Assembly (NCBI GenBank): GCA_965644315.1
Contig: CBFFRQ010000020.1
Location: 62,001-126,000 of the forward strand
Length of the DNA: 64,000 bases
Direction: 5' to 3'
Source of the DNA: Caecitellus pseudoparvulus
Taxonomy: Eukaryota > Protista > Bigyra: Bicosoecida
The notes under the pieces are model-generated. The model did no database searches. It was not told the origin of the DNA and saw only the letters and a list, made by a program, of their open reading frames with translations. Positions 33,916-47,600 of the stretch are shown here, one piece after another (the stretch's first letter is position 1; each line of letters opens with the position of its first letter). The position numbers and the translations under genes are program-made.

Positions 33916-36069
33916 TCAGCTGCGGCGCCGCCGCCGCACCCGGCGTGTTGGTGGCGCCACCGCTGCCTGCGCCCCAGCAGGACTGGGCGTGTCCAGGTCC
34001 GTCGGGACGTCGCCCGGGCTGCTGCTTGCGCGGGCAGCGGTGGCAAGGGCAGCCCGCATGGTGGCGGAGCGGGGCTGGCCTGCGCCTGGTGGCGGCGGCG
34101 TGGTGGCCTGCGCTGCGGAGGGGCCAGACCACTCCTGCAGGGTCTTGCCCAACATGGACGTGGCGTAGGCTGTGAGGCCCGTTTCCAGCTCTCCACGCCA
34201 TGCCTGCGTGCACATGGCTGAGCGGATGGGCTGGAAGAAGGGGCTGTTCAGCGCCTCCTTGGCCGTAATACGCGTGTACGGGTCCGGGTCCAGCAGACGC
34301 AGCAGCAGTACAACAGCCTCCTCCACTTGCTCTGTGCTCTCATCATCGTGCAGGTACGCCCTGCGAAGGAGGGGGGGGGAATGCGGTGGCGGGAGTGTGC
34401 TGCGGACGGTGCAGGGAGCAGGGGCACGCACTCGCACAGCATGAAGTGCTGGCACACTTGGTAAACTGCAAAGGCAGGCGAATGAGGCTGCGGCAGCGGC
34501 ACCTGCGGCCACTCCTCCGCTGCCGCACTCCCCGCCACACCTGCCGTGCGCGACTCGCTGCGCCGGCGCTTGCCCCGGCGCACACTGCCGGCCGGTCGTG
34601 CGCTCGCCTGCGCCCCGTCGTCCACTGCGGGCGGCTGCAGGTTGGCCTTGCTGTCAGGCCACACGGCAGCCAGGCGGCGGCAGACGTTGCGGTACACCTG
34701 CACGCGCAACGGGTCAAGCAACGCCGGCCCTGTGCGTGGACAAGCCACCGCCTCTGGCAACTGTGCCAGGCGTGCCTTGCCCAGGCGCAGACCAGCAGCC
34801 AGCATCCGTGGCCAGCCAAGGAGGGACGCCACCGCCGTAATGCTCTGACTCATGCCGTCGTAGGGGAAGAGGGGGTGCCGCCGTGTGAGCAGGGAGCCCA
34901 TGATGACCCCAGCGCTCCACACATCAATGGCGGTGGTCTGGTACGGCACTCTCATCAGCACCTCGGGTGGGCGAAAGGAGGCTGTGCCTGCTCTTGCTGC
35001 TGTCTGCGCCACGCGACTCGTGGGCGCCGCGCTCGCCGACTCCACATCCAGGCGCTCCAGCTCCGCCTCCACGGCCTCCTGCACGCGAGCCTGGCTGGGG
35101 AAACGCCCATCCCACGACGAATCGATGCTGGTTGGTGCTGGGGCCGCGGCCTCGCGCAGGGCTCGGGCAGGGGGGGCGCCTGGGCGAGAGCTGTGCACAA
35201 GGCGCTGAGAGGCAGAGCGGCCTTTGTCGGCTGCGGTGCGGAGCTTGTTCGCCCAGGCGCCCGAGGCCAGATCTGCCCGAGACATGCGAGGGCGGCATCG
35301 TGCGTCTCCGGTGCGGGGGGGGCACGTCTGCGCCAACCCGAAATCAATGAGCATGCTGTCCAGTGGGTGCCCGTCGTGCCCTCGATGGTACAGGAAATTG
35401 TCGGGCTTCACGTCACGGTGAATGATGCCGGAGGCGTGGCACTGGGACAGGGCTGTCAGTAGCTCCCACATGTAAAAGCGCACGTCCCGTAACGTCGCAG
35501 TGGCTAGTAGCTCCTGCAAGCAAGGCCACGGCGGGTGGGAAGCTGCGGTATTTGGTTGCCTGCGTCCGAGCTCAGCAGGAGCGGCACCCGCACTCCACGC
35601 ACATCTTTGAACACCATGTGGGGAGCGTACCGCATGAGAATGATGGTGTGTGTGCTGCAGTCCAGCACAGCTTCGAGGATGGAGCACCTGGAGTGAGTCT
35701 CCCGCCTGCGCATCTCCGCGCGCGAGCGTGTTTGAGTTCCCAGCAACACTGGTGTGCAGCGCCAGAGCAGACGCACTTGAGCATGCGGAGGAAGCGCAGC
35801 TCCTCTTCGATCCGGTGCAGGTCCTGGTCCTTGTACAGGCACTTGGCGGCATACTTGCGGCCTTCTGCCGCATGGGCATGCTGGGGGTCCAGCCAGCTCG
35901 CCTCATACACGACGCTGAAGGCGCCAGAGCCAATGCGGCGCTGCAGCAGCAGCCCATGCTTCTCCACAGCCTCCACTTCCAGTGCCTTGTCGAGTGACAG
36001 CTGCTTCTGCTTGTCACCGCCCTGCGGTGCCCGGGATGCTCCCTTGGAAGCCTTCCCAGCGGAGGCCAT
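33916..36069 (-). CDS. CDC7: Cdc7-related Ser/Thr kinase; exons 36069-35777, 35705-35603, 35513-34432, 34360-33916
   Basis: IGSGAFSVVY, AAK, IIHRDVKPDNFL and LIDFGLAQ, then a long insert, then RAGTASFRPPEVL..QTTAIDVWSAGVI (Cdc7-typical) and RITAKEALNSPFF. Introns of 71, 89 and 71 nt. Confidence 0.85.
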
Positions 36070-36228
36070 GGTGCACGGCACACGCGGGCGGCACCAATGT
36101 GCACCTGAGGCCCGCAAGTGAGGCTGACGTGGTAGCGCAGCGAGGCATGGCACTGTGCAACTCGCAACCGTGCACCGCTGCATTTTTGATTTGTCCTCTC
36201 AAACAGACTGCAGTAAAAGCCCCCCCCC

Positions 36229-37906
36229 TCATGCCAGGTGCCCTGTCGCTGTCACAGGCTCTGGCAGCACGGGCACTTTGCAGCCCTGCCCCTTCAGGGC
36301 GCGCAGCGCAGGCTTGAGGGTGTCAATGTCCAGGAACTGCACCTCCACCGTGCGCCCTTCATATGTGCGGCCAGCACATTTGTCCCCGTACGCCTTGCCA
36401 GCCGCCGGCGTGCCCATGGCCACGTACACCAGGCCCTGCACTGACACAGGGTCGGGCACGACGGCCAGGACCTCCCCGTAGCCAGCGGCATCAGCAGCCA
36501 CCTCTGTTGCCAGCTCCGCCTCCCACTCCTCGCTCGCCTCCAGCGCCGGCAGCATCATGCCCTTCAGCACAAGATACTGTGATGGCCGGCCCACAGCACG
36601 GGAGGTGGGCCCATCGGCTGCACCAGAAGGAGCTGGCGCTCCAGTGAGCGCAGCAGCCGCCGCTGCGCCTGCCGCTGCCAGCTGGCTGTTCATGTTCACA
36701 GAGCTACCGACGGAAGCCGCTGCAGTGTGGCCCATGGCGGCTCCAGGCAAGCGTTTGCCTGTCATTTGCTCCAGCTGGGCAGCCAAGTTGGCGTGGGCCT
36801 GGCTGGTGGCAGCGGCCAGGGCAGATGCCATGGCGGCACGGGCCTGGGCGCTGAGCGTGGCACCATCCCCCGTGTCCATGTCGTGCACGCCCCCCTGTGC
36901 GTCCTGCAGCTTGCCGTGGGCGTTCAGGGTGCCCACACGCATGGGCTGCTCGACGAGAGGCAGGTTGTGCAGTGTGGTCATTGCCTTGGCAGCCCCGTTC
37001 TGATCCTGGTACACCAGGAAGGCGTACCCGCGCGAGACTCCGTTGACGTCCCGAACCAGGGAGGCCTTCTCCAGCGGGCCTGCCTGGGAGAAGATGGCGT
37101 GCAGGTGCTCCTCTGTCACGTCTGGGTGCAGGTTGGCGACGAAGACACGCCGGTTCGCGATGTCTGACGTGGCCGTGCCGCCCTCCGTCTCTGCAGCACG
37201 GGCATAGTTCTTCTCCGCTTCGCTGGCGCGCACCTGCACGGGGAAGCCCCCAACAGGGAACTTCTCCCCGTTCAGCAGCAGGGCCTTGGGCACGTCGTCC
37301 AACTCCGCCATCTCCACGTACCCAAAGCCGCGACTGCGCCCAGTGGAGCGATCCCGAATGAGCACCACATCTGCCACTCGCCCAACCTGCTCGAAGAACT
37401 GGCGCACGTCTTCCTCCCGCGCCCGCACCACCAGCTGACCAACGAACACCGTGCGCGCATCCCGGGTCAGCTCCATCACATCGTCCATCTTGTCACGGTG
37501 GCGGGGGCCACCGCCTCCACGCCCACCATGGTGGTCGTGCCACCCTCCGTACCCCCCTCGCCCACGATCGTCGTAGCGGTCTGGGTGCCCCCGGTCGTCA
37601 TACCGGTCCCGACGTCCCCTGTCATCGTACCGGCCTCGCCAGCCCCCGCCACGTCCATGCTCGCCATACCCTCCACGTCTGTCGTCGTACCGCCGGTCAC
37701 GGCTGTACCGATCGCCTGAGCGATCTCTGCCGTATCGCCCATCGTCATACCGTCCACGGCTTCCGCTGTGGCGATCGTCGTCGTACCTGCGATGCCCTCC
37801 TGGGCTCTCACCTCGTGGGCTGTGCAGGAGCGGAAAATGAACGCGTGCTCAGGCCTTTAGCGGCAGTCACCCATTGCCGCACGGCGTACACGCTTGATTC
37901 AGCCAT
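36229..37906 (-). CDS. RBM39: RBM39/CAPER-like splicing factor (2 RRM + UHM); exons 37906-37890, 37819-36229
   Basis: RDARTVFVGQL, IRDRSTGRSRGFGYVE, VRASEAEKN, VFVANLH..TE..L..IF, and a third RRM/UHM (SQYLVLKGM). A 70-nt GTACGC..CACAG intron adds an R/D/Y/G-rich N-terminus that the ORF track misses. Confidence 0.9.
37560..37790 (-). repeat. Six RYDD repeats in the RBM39 N-terminal low-complexity domain
   Basis: Translation HRRYDDDR..GRYDDGR..RRYDDRR..GRYDDRGRRDRYDDRGHPDRYDDRG. Confidence 0.85.
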
Positions 37907-38601
37907 TGCAGATGATTCAAGAGATTCCTTGCTTCAACACACAAAGCTCTCTGTCTGACTTGGGAGCCTCTAGTGCTTGAGGGCGAAGAGGGACTACTGC
38001 CTCTGGCTCCAGCAGCAGGTTCACACGCGGACCACAGCAAACGGCAAGTGATCAGCACTACAGCCCAACGCAATGCACAGCATCGGAGGCCCAGTGTGTC
38101 GAGACATCGGTGAGCATGCCGAGTGACACCTAGAGTTGCAGAAAGTGTCAGAATCGGGGGATTTGTTCGGTGAAAAGAGTCAGCCAGTAGGCCGGGTGTG
38201 AAATCAAGCATTTATCATCAAGACTTAGATTGAGGCAGACGATGGCGACAAAGCACCCATTTTCGGCTCTCAAGCATAACAGAGAAGTATAAAACCGATG
38301 TTTCTACCCCATCTGAGCACTCTACGATCAGCCCTCAGTGGTGGTTGTGCCGCGCACCGCGTTCCAGTCAACGCAGCCCTTCCCGCATTGAGGTGACAGG
38401 TGTTGGCCTGCGCTGACACCAACCTTGTGAGCAGCGGCACTGGGCGCCCCACACGGCAGGCAGCGTGGTACTCTCTTCACTGGACCGCTGAATTGTCGCT
38501 GCAAGGTCTGCACAGTCACCCATTGTCTTGGGGGGCGTGAGCGAGAGGCCAGTCCAGCGAACCAGGCTTCCTCTCCTTGGCCTGCAGAAGTACCAAGCCG
38601 C

Positions 38602-41600
38602 ATGGCATTCGCCAGCAGGAATGCCTCCATGTAAGTGATTCTGCCAGTGAGCCACCGGCGCCCCCCCCTGCTCTGTTCCCGGAGTGCTGCACCTGCCTAT
38701 GGTCACGCAAGCGTTGGCCGTCACACTGCGACCCTGCCACGGCACAGGGGCTCTGGCGAGGTGTCCTTCGACGCAGGGGAAGATGAGGGGCCCACGCGGG
38801 CCGTTTTGCAGCAACAAGCTTCCATACTTCGTGACTTGCCACTTCACCAAGGCCCGCTGAGTCCTTTTGCGTACCCTCCCGGCCTGCTGCCTGGCGATGG
38901 CTTGTGGTGCTTTCTGCAGCCTTGCCCAGACCCCAACCGGCCGCTGGAGGTGAAGCACCTGGAAGTGCTGGTGCCGCCCACAGCCGTGTTTCCAGGTGAT
39001 GCCACTCCCAGTGCTCCCTTCCTCCTGACCCCTGGCTCCGGTGGTGCCGTGCACAGCAGCCACTCGCCCTCCGAGACAGCGGTCGGCAAGGCCATGTCTG
39101 CTGGGGACTTTCAAGATGACGTCATTGCAGTGGCCAGGTGGAGCCAGTATCAGTCAGCAAGTAGCGGACCAGCTGCCGCTGCAGTGCTGGCCTCCGTCGA
39201 GTTTGGGCCTGGCCTCGTCACGGCACTACAGTTCGCCAAACCTGCTGCGAGCGGGCACACCCCTCCCCGCCGCAGGCCACCCCAACCTTCCGCCAAGGCC
39301 CCCGACAAGGTCCGCCTGCATCTTCCACGTGGACATGATCCCAGGCGCAGCTTGCAGGGGCTGTACCAGCAGCACCGCACCGCTGTGGCAGTTCTGGCTG
39401 CGCGGGAGGTGAGGGGGCTAGCGGCGCACGGCCTCGCCACCTGCGCCCATGTGGAGGGGGAGGAGGAAGGCGGCGGGGTGTTGCCAACACCTTCCCGTTC
39501 CCTGCAGGTGTCCCCGTCTGCGTCTCTTGGGCGCAGCCCGACGGCTGGCGCTTCCTCCGGGGGCGGGGGGGGCGGCACGCCCCAAGGCGTTCCCAGAGGG
39601 GCCCCGCCCCTGGGCGTCGGTTTTCAGATCCAGAAGCTCCTGCGGTGCCGAGGGGCAAGCCCTTTCATCGTGCGTGCTGTGTGGCGTGCTGGCGGCTGCG
39701 GGGCTCCTTCCAGCGCCTGGGTTCTGTCGTCCAGCCGGCGGTACGCTGACGAGAGCTTGGGAGAGCTGGGGGACGCGCTGGCGGCAGCCATGCAGGCAGC
39801 TGACAAGGTGGACGGCGCGTCAGGGTCGGCGGCTTTCCTGCGGGCCGTTCAGGGGGGTGGGCACACCAGCAAGGCAGGGGCAGCTGTGGGGGACATCCCC
39901 AGTCTCAAGCGCGCCTTCCGACGGCGGCTGCAAGAGGTGCTTCTGGTGAACACTGGGCACTCAAACGACGCAAGCAGCGCCACACCCCTGCCCCCCACTG
40001 TTCAGCTCTTGCAACCTCGAGGGCGTGGCCTCCCCACCCCCCTGTCCACAGCTGCACGCCACCTGGCCCAGCTGGCCCAACCCCCCCTCACCACCACCGT
40101 CCGTGCCCAGAGTCTCTCTGTGCGTGGAGCAGAGGAAGTCATGGAACGCATGCAGCGTGTTGTGGACCACGTGCGAGCCTCGGGTGGCCTGCGCCTGACG
40201 GAGTTCATTGCAGACTGGACGCGAGACGAGGCAGGCAACTGGTGGCTCCTGGCACCAAAGGCATACCGAGTGCGAGGGCGACTGCAAGGCCTGGGCCGGC
40301 TGCTGCGAGCCCCCCCTGCCCCCCCCTCAATCGCCCTCATCCCGGCTGCGAAGGCTGTGTGGGTTGCCCAAGCGCGGCGCATTTTGAGCCTGGGAGGGCA
40401 GCGTGCGGGGGGGGTGCGGGACCCCACACGTGCCCACGCAGCCAATCTGCAGCAAGTGAACCTTTTGGCAGAGGAAGCTGAAAGTGCGGGGGTGGCGCCA
40501 GCACCTGCAGATGCCTTGCTGGCTCCGCCCACGTCAGTCAGCGACCTTCGCCGCCAGGCACGGCAGCGGGCAGCGTCCCGGCCCCGAACAAGCTACAAGC
40601 CACGGCACGCGGCCAGCCCCGAGCCAGAGCAGCTCGTCTCCAGCGGCAGCTCCTCGGACGGCAGCGCCAGCAGTGGGGAGGAGGAGCCATACGGTGCAGG
40701 CCTCGCGGCACTGTTGCACTCTCGGCTTGGAACGACGCCTGCTTCAGCAGCAGCGGCAGGCGTGTGCTTGGCCACGCGGCCGTCCTATCCCGCTGACTTG
40801 CAGCGCCTGACACGGCGCATGCGGCGAGAGTGGGTGCATGCCGCATCTCGCTCGATCAAGGCTAACAGAGCTTCCATTGGCAAAGCCCTGCAGGGTGCAA
40901 CTTCGGCACAGAGCGCAGGCCTAGCACCGACGGGCTCTCTGGCCGCCAGCACGACGGGGTGGGGACGCACCCGACCGGGGGTTGGAGGGCACTCCACGCT
41001 CAGCCTGCGCTCCCTCGGTTCGACTCCTGAATCCGCCCCCGCCCTATCCATTCGGCGAGGTACAGTGACCCTGGGGGGTGTCACAGCTGGCAGCACTGTG
41101 CAGTACGGCACCCTCATGGCGGGGCATGTGCTGCAGCAGCACATGCCACCTCTTGGCTTGACGCCACCAGGCCAAGCGTTCGCGGCGGCGGGAGGCATGC
41201 TGGCAGATGTCCACACCTCTGCGCTTGCTCGGAAGCGGCCACCCTCATCAGGTGCTGCAGACGCTACCAGCAGCGTTCAGGACGCTCAAGAGAGCGACGT
41301 GAGTGGCGCAGAGGAGGAAATTGTCACGCGGCCTGGTTCAGGAAGTGGCCAGCACTCTACACTTCGGTATGGGGCGCACGAGGAGAGTGCAGGGAAGGGA
41401 CACCGCGGAGGTGCTGGCGTGGCAGTGCGGAGAGGGAGGGCCTTACCTCCTCCCGTGCTCACCGCATCCCCACGAGATCTCAGCGGCACGGCACAGGGGG
41501 CCAGACACGCTACCAAGCCAGGCTCTGCCAGTGTGCCGATGGCCATGCCACGGCACACAGGTAGCCACAGTCAGCTGAGTATCGATCTCGGACCGGACGC

Positions 41601-44600
41601 TGCGCTGGGCATCGGCGGGCGCCCCCTCATGCGTGAACGCCACGCTGCACCCGCCGCGACCGTCGCAGGGCAGGACACAGCCCAGGAGGCCCTGAAGCTG
41701 TTGTTGGCAGATCGCACGGTGGCGCGGCGCAGTGCAGGGGCAGATGCAGGTGGGCAGGACGGCACGACCTGCGTATCCATCGTGGAGGGGATGGAGGGGG
41801 AGGAGGAGGAGGGGCCGCTCGCACCGCCGCCCAAGGTTAGGGGCACGTTTCGCATCGCAGAGCACACCCTGCGCATGGTGGGCGCCTTGCACTCGGCGGT
41901 GCAGGGCGCCGTTGCGAATGGTGCGTTTGCCAAGTCGGACGAGGCGCTGACTCTCTTTGCGCGGTCGGGCGTGGCGGACATGGGTGGCACAGCGCTCACA
42001 CACACCATGGCACGCCACCAACTGCAGGCTGTGCACGACCACCTCCTGCGCGCCATGCACCTCCCTGGTTCAGACAAGGGTCTCACTTCATCAACATCGC
42101 GGAAGGATGTGTCCAGTCGCCTGCGGCGCGAGGCGCGGGATCGCCCTCTGCGACAAGCCGATCTCGAGGCGCTGGAGGAAGGGCCCGCGGCTGTTGAGCA
42201 GCCCTGCGCCATGTGCGGCCTGCGAAACACCAACCACCGTCTACCTTTTCATCTCACCCAGGCGCAGCAAGCGTGGCTGGTGCTGCGCCTGGCACGGCGG
42301 CTGCCTCCCCAGGCGCTGCAATCACGGTCTTGGCTACGCCGGCACTTGGTCTTGCTCACGCAGCAGCTGATGGCAGTGAGAGAGGTGCTGGAGGCCCCCC
42401 ACTCTGCTGCCACAGCTGAGTCTGAACATTCCACACCAAGTGGAAAACGCCGAGGGCTTTCCGCCACACAGCCGCCACTGAAGCAGCAGCAACCGTGGGT
42501 GCCGCAGGGGTCCGTTGGAGGGGGCGGGGCAGCGCTGCTCGCATCACCCCTGGCACGCCCTGGAGACGATGCTGGGACTGAGGCTTGGCAGGCGCTGGAT
42601 CTGTTCACAGCTGGCGATTTTGCCCTGGCAGCAGCTCACACAGGCGGCACAGCCAGCGCAGATCCACGCTCGGAGCTGGACAGCGCAGCTCCCCAGGGCG
42701 CAGCCCAGCCGAAGCTCCTACTGCTGCACGAAGCACGGCGGGCACTGTCTCTCTTGTCAGCACCCAGTGGACCCACAGCCGCCCGAGGTAGTCTGCCGCT
42801 TCGACCTGACATCATCGCAGGCAAGTACCGCCCGCTGGCGGTGTGCGCTCTGTGCTTTGAGCTGCACGAGCGGGAGGTGTTGTTGACAAGCCAGGAGGCA
42901 GCCATGTCAGCCACACTTGGCGTGCCACGCAGCGTGAGGGGGCTGCAGGCGCCACCCCCCCCCCTCCAACCGAGCATTCCCTTGGCAAGTGCCCCTCTGA
43001 CCCTCATTCGGCTGGTGTTGTGTGTGGATGGCGTGGTGGGCCTGCCCACTGGCCTCCTGGTCGGGCAGGGCGGCACAGCTCCTCCTTCTGACACACGAGC
43101 GCAGGAGCAGCGCCTAAGTCTGAAAGCTTCAGAATTGCAGCTGGGCCTGGCCAAGGCCGCGTGCCGAAACGCTGAGCTCACGCTGCGTGCCTGTGCCGTG
43201 AGAGTGCAGTGCTTGCGAGATCGCCTGAAGCGTGTGCAGGCTGTCGTCGAGGGGGGGGGCGACGTGGACGTGTGGTGGAAGAAGCGGGGTGCGCTGGGAG
43301 ATGAGGCCAAGGCACGGCTGGAGGAGCTCCCCGCGGCCCTAACACACGGATGCTCACACGAAGACGAGGCGCAAGCGGCGCTGGCAGCGCTGGAGACCCC
43401 CACAGACACCCTGTTGGACGCAGTGTGGCCCCATGCGCAGCGCGAAGCTGCAGGAGACCCCCCTCCATCCCTGCCGGACCGTCTGCCACGTCTGCAGTCC
43501 ACACCCCGGCCTTGGTCGGCTGGCCGCCCCAAGTCTGCCACCAGCCACGCCGTGACAGGCCATGCACTAGTGCAGCTGCCGGGATCCGCTGTGGGCCGCG
43601 CCAGGTCTACCACCCCTCAGCCTGCCACACGTACTGCGCACCTCGCGCAGCTCTTTGCCGAGGCAGGCAAGGGGCGAGAGGACGAAGGGGTGGCCCTCGT
43701 GCATACCTGGCTGCAAGACCTGGTGCACGTGAGCCGCCTGCTGGATGTGCTGGAGCGTTCGTGGCAAGCAGCGGCTGGGAAGGTGGTTGCAGCAGAGGCG
43801 GAGGTGGGGGAGGCATCCCGGGCTTGGGCTGCCACCCAACAACGCCTGCGGTATCGAGCTCTCACTCTGCGTCTGCGCTTGTGGCACCATCAGTGGGACG
43901 TCCCGCTGCAGACTGGCACTGCCTTGGCAGCTTCACTACAGCCACAGGATGGAGCTGAGGGGAGCACGGCGCTGCTGCCGCCTGCCCTGGATGTTCCAGT
44001 GCGGAAGGTGTTCACGGTGTATGCACTGGCGCCCAGCACGCCTGTGGACAGGGACGTGCCTGTGAGGGGCAGTGCAGGCCTGTCTAGGGCTTTGCAAGCG
44101 CAAGCGCACGTTGAAGGCCAGTTGCTGCTCACACAGTGGCGAGGGGCTGTGCCGGGTGAAGTTGAGGGGGGATGGGAGACCCAGCCCATTGGCACGCTGC
44201 AGCTACCACTTGCAGCCCACCGCCACAAGAGCGTTCCGAGTCTCCGCCACCGAGTTTTGTTCCAGGAGTGCAGCGGGAAAGGGACGGGGGGCCCTTCTTC
44301 TTCTCGGGAAACGGTTAGGAAGGACGTCTCCGACATCCACTCTTTCATCGCCCCAGCCGTGGAGGGCAAAGCTGGGGGCGGGTCTGGAGGAGGCGCCAAG
44401 CCGCCACCACCAGACACCGCGCCACCCGCCCGGGGCATTCAGGGGCTGGCTGCTGCTCGACGCCGGGCTGCGCTGCGCCACTCCGCGCGCTTGGCGGCCA
44501 AGGTCTCCTTGCTTGTTGGCGGCCTGCGGAAGGAAGTCAGCTCCGATGGACCGTGTGTGTCAGTGGAAGGGGGCGGCTCATCAGCTGCCCCGCCAGCCTC

Positions 44601-47600
44601 CGAGCCACAGCCCCTGCTACGCACTGTGCCGGGAGGGGCCGCTGCGCTGCAGTGGCAGCGGCAGTGGGGTAGCCGGGGAGCGGAAGAGGACCCCTCTGCG
44701 GGACTCGACGAGGCCCATGTAGTGGGGGCATCCTCGCTGGCAGCCTCTTTTGCCTCCACTCGGGCGCGCAGCTTGCACTTATGCAGTCTGATGGCCTCAA
44801 CAGCCTGCGAGTTGTTGAGGGATGACATTGTGCCCAGCGCTGTGGACCCGTCCCTGCTGCCGCCTGGAGGCCCAGAGCCGGCTGGTGTCGATGCAGCAGA
44901 CATCAAGGCAGCTACTCTTCGTTCGCCCACCGCTGTGGGCCGCACTTCCCCGGAAAGTGCCATTGGGCGCACTCCCTCTCGATGGCAAGGCTGGGTATGG
45001 GTGGAGGACTTGGGGTTGTACCTCGCTTCGCGCCTGGCAGCCACACGCGGCTTCGGCGCGGTGCCTCTCTCCCCAGCCCTGCTGTCTCAGCTGCCTCACC
45101 CAGACGAGGGTGAGCGCGCCCTGGCACAAGCGTGTGAAGCCGCCATGCAGGTGGGGCAATCGCAGCCCCCTGTGGATTTTGCCATGAGCAAAGGGGAAGT
45201 GGGTGCCGCCAGCGGCAGTGACGGCGCTGGAGCGTCAGGCCGCACCGCCTCTGGCACCAGCACGTCATCAGGGCGGCTGGGAGAGATTGAATTGTCCTCT
45301 TCCTCGGCAGACGAGGCGACTGCCAGCGCCCCGCCAGAAGGACTCGCCGCTGCAGAGGCAAGGAGCCTGTCAACCGCATCTGCAGTGCGCAGTGCCACTG
45401 CTCCTCAACCAAAGGCAGCCCGCAGCCACACCGTCGGCGGGGGTGTTGCCGACCTCAGTGGACGCAAGCCCCGTCGCGCCCGTGTCCAGAGTGCAGGCGA
45501 AAGCCACCTGCACCGGGCACCACGGCGTGCCCGGAGTGGTTGGAGCTCGGATGAAGGCGACGAGACGCCTGACGGAACGGTGCAACCGCCCCACCGCCCG
45601 CGGTGGACCCAGCCCCCAGAAGGGTGGGATGCCCAGGCGGCGACGCCACGATCAGACACGCCCCGGGCTGGCGAAGGAAGGGCTTCAGGTGTGGCCCGCC
45701 GCCTGAGTCTGTACCGCACTTCGGCCGATGGCGAGGCAAGTGGTGGGTTGGGGCAATCCCCGCGTCGCAGCAGTGTGGAGCAGATTGCAGAGGCGGTGGC
45801 AGAGGCCAAGCAGGAGGTGGAGGCCAGTGCAGCGGGTGGAGCGTCGCTGGGGCCATGGCGTCACCTTGCCCCAGGACACGCCATGCCGGCAGCCTTGTTG
45901 TCTGCACAACTGCTCGCTCTGGCCCGCCACGGCCGGGTGGCGCTTGCCGCGACCCAAGTGGCGCACCATCGGGCGCTACTGCAAGCTGTGTCCCGCTCAG
46001 CGCCTGCCTCGCCCCAGCGCCGGCCCCTCGCAGTGCTGCAGGACCGGCAGGTCGTGTCCCCCGACTCCCTGCACCCGGACATTCAGGCCACTCTGCACAG
46101 GGCTGCAAGGGACACCGCCAGGCCCACCTCCCCGCCTGACCCCACCGACTTGGCACCCTCTCTGGCAACGACGTTGTCCAAGGAAATCAAGGGTCTGGAC
46201 AACCCGGCCACGCCGGCCCTGCTGTCAGGAGTGCGGGTGCAGTGGACACTGACCCTGACCTTCATCCGCGTCAGGGGGCGGCCCGACCACATTGCCACCC
46301 TGAGGCAGTTGGGCGAACCACGCAGCCCCACCACCTCCTTTGGTTCACCTGGGCGGCGCAGGTCCATGACTGTGCGGCGGAACCGCAGCCTGCTGCTGTC
46401 TGTCGACGGCATTGTGGAGGACAGCGACGAGGGGGACACGGGGGGTGAGGAGGGCGATGAGCCGTGGCAGCCAGCGCAGGAGCGCCAGGCGCCAGCCCGC
46501 CTTCGCACGACACTCCCCAAGGCAGCTGTCTCCCAAGCCCCCAGCCCCACGAGTCGCTTCGTGTCTGCTGTACGGCAGGCAGTGGCTCTGCGGGAGGGCT
46601 TGCGGACTTGGGTGCGACGCCGCAGGGGGGAGGAAACAGCCCCGGCAACTTCCCCAGGCCGCCGCCCACTGAAGAAGCCGGGCACACCCCCATCCCCCCT
46701 GCATGCCGCATTGGACGGGCCTGGTTGGCGCCACGGTGAAGGCGTGGCTTCTCCAGCCATGCGAGGCTCGCCCTCCTCCGCATCCATGAAGCACCAGGGC
46801 AGCTCCTGGGGCATGGCAGCCCAGCACAGCTCTAGCATGGCATCCTTGACCAGGGGTGCGTCTTCTGCCACGCTGCGCAATCTCAGGTCGTCCTCCAGGC
46901 ATGCCGTGGAAGAGGCCGCACGGGCAGCGCAAGACGAGCCTTCCCAAGCAAGTGCAGGACCCCGCGGCGTGGTGGCGCTGTCCAGAGGTGGGCCCATCGA
47001 CGTCACGAGCATCTTGCAGCGCTACGGTGCACAGCAAGACGCCATGGGCGCCGCCTGCGACCTGGCCCTCAGCGACCACGGCGACCTGCTCCCCGCACAC
47101 AGCCCGGAGTTGCCGCTGGCAGTCACCCAAGCACGAAGCGCCAGTGGGTCCGCCGGCCCAGGTGGCACCCGCCTGCACGTGGCTGTGTGGGGATCCCTCA
47201 CCGAGCTGCGCTTAGAGGGGCGCCATTTGTCATCGTCTTGGGACAGCGGCTCGTCAGGGCGCCGCGCGACCCAGCGGGACGCCGAGGTGGCGTTTCACAA
47301 GGAGGCAAGCAGCGCTTCCTTCACCGTCGCAGCCACGACCGAAGACATGGCGCGATGGCTGTCTGGCCAGCAGGTGCGTAGCCTGGGGGAGTTCCCAGAC
47401 CTCACCCTGCACCGCCACGTGCCTGCCTCCTCCTTCGGCAGTGAGGGGGGGTTCTGGCTTCCCCCCGCCGAGGCGGGGAGCCCTCGCCAGGAGGCAGGCG
47501 ACACCCTCTCCCTGACCCAGGCCATCGGCTCGGGGCTGGATGCACCTCGCGACCTCCTGTTCACAGCTCTGCTGCCCCAGGCAGAGAGGGTGGTTGCGGC

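Noticed and set aside
38145-38225. Possible box C/D snoRNA on the - strand (TGATGA ... CTGA about 70 nt apart) in the largest intergenic gap
   Set aside because: The box C context is imperfect, the terminal stem is weak, and I could not identify an rRNA-complementary guide. It would need snoscan/Infernal or small-RNA data.
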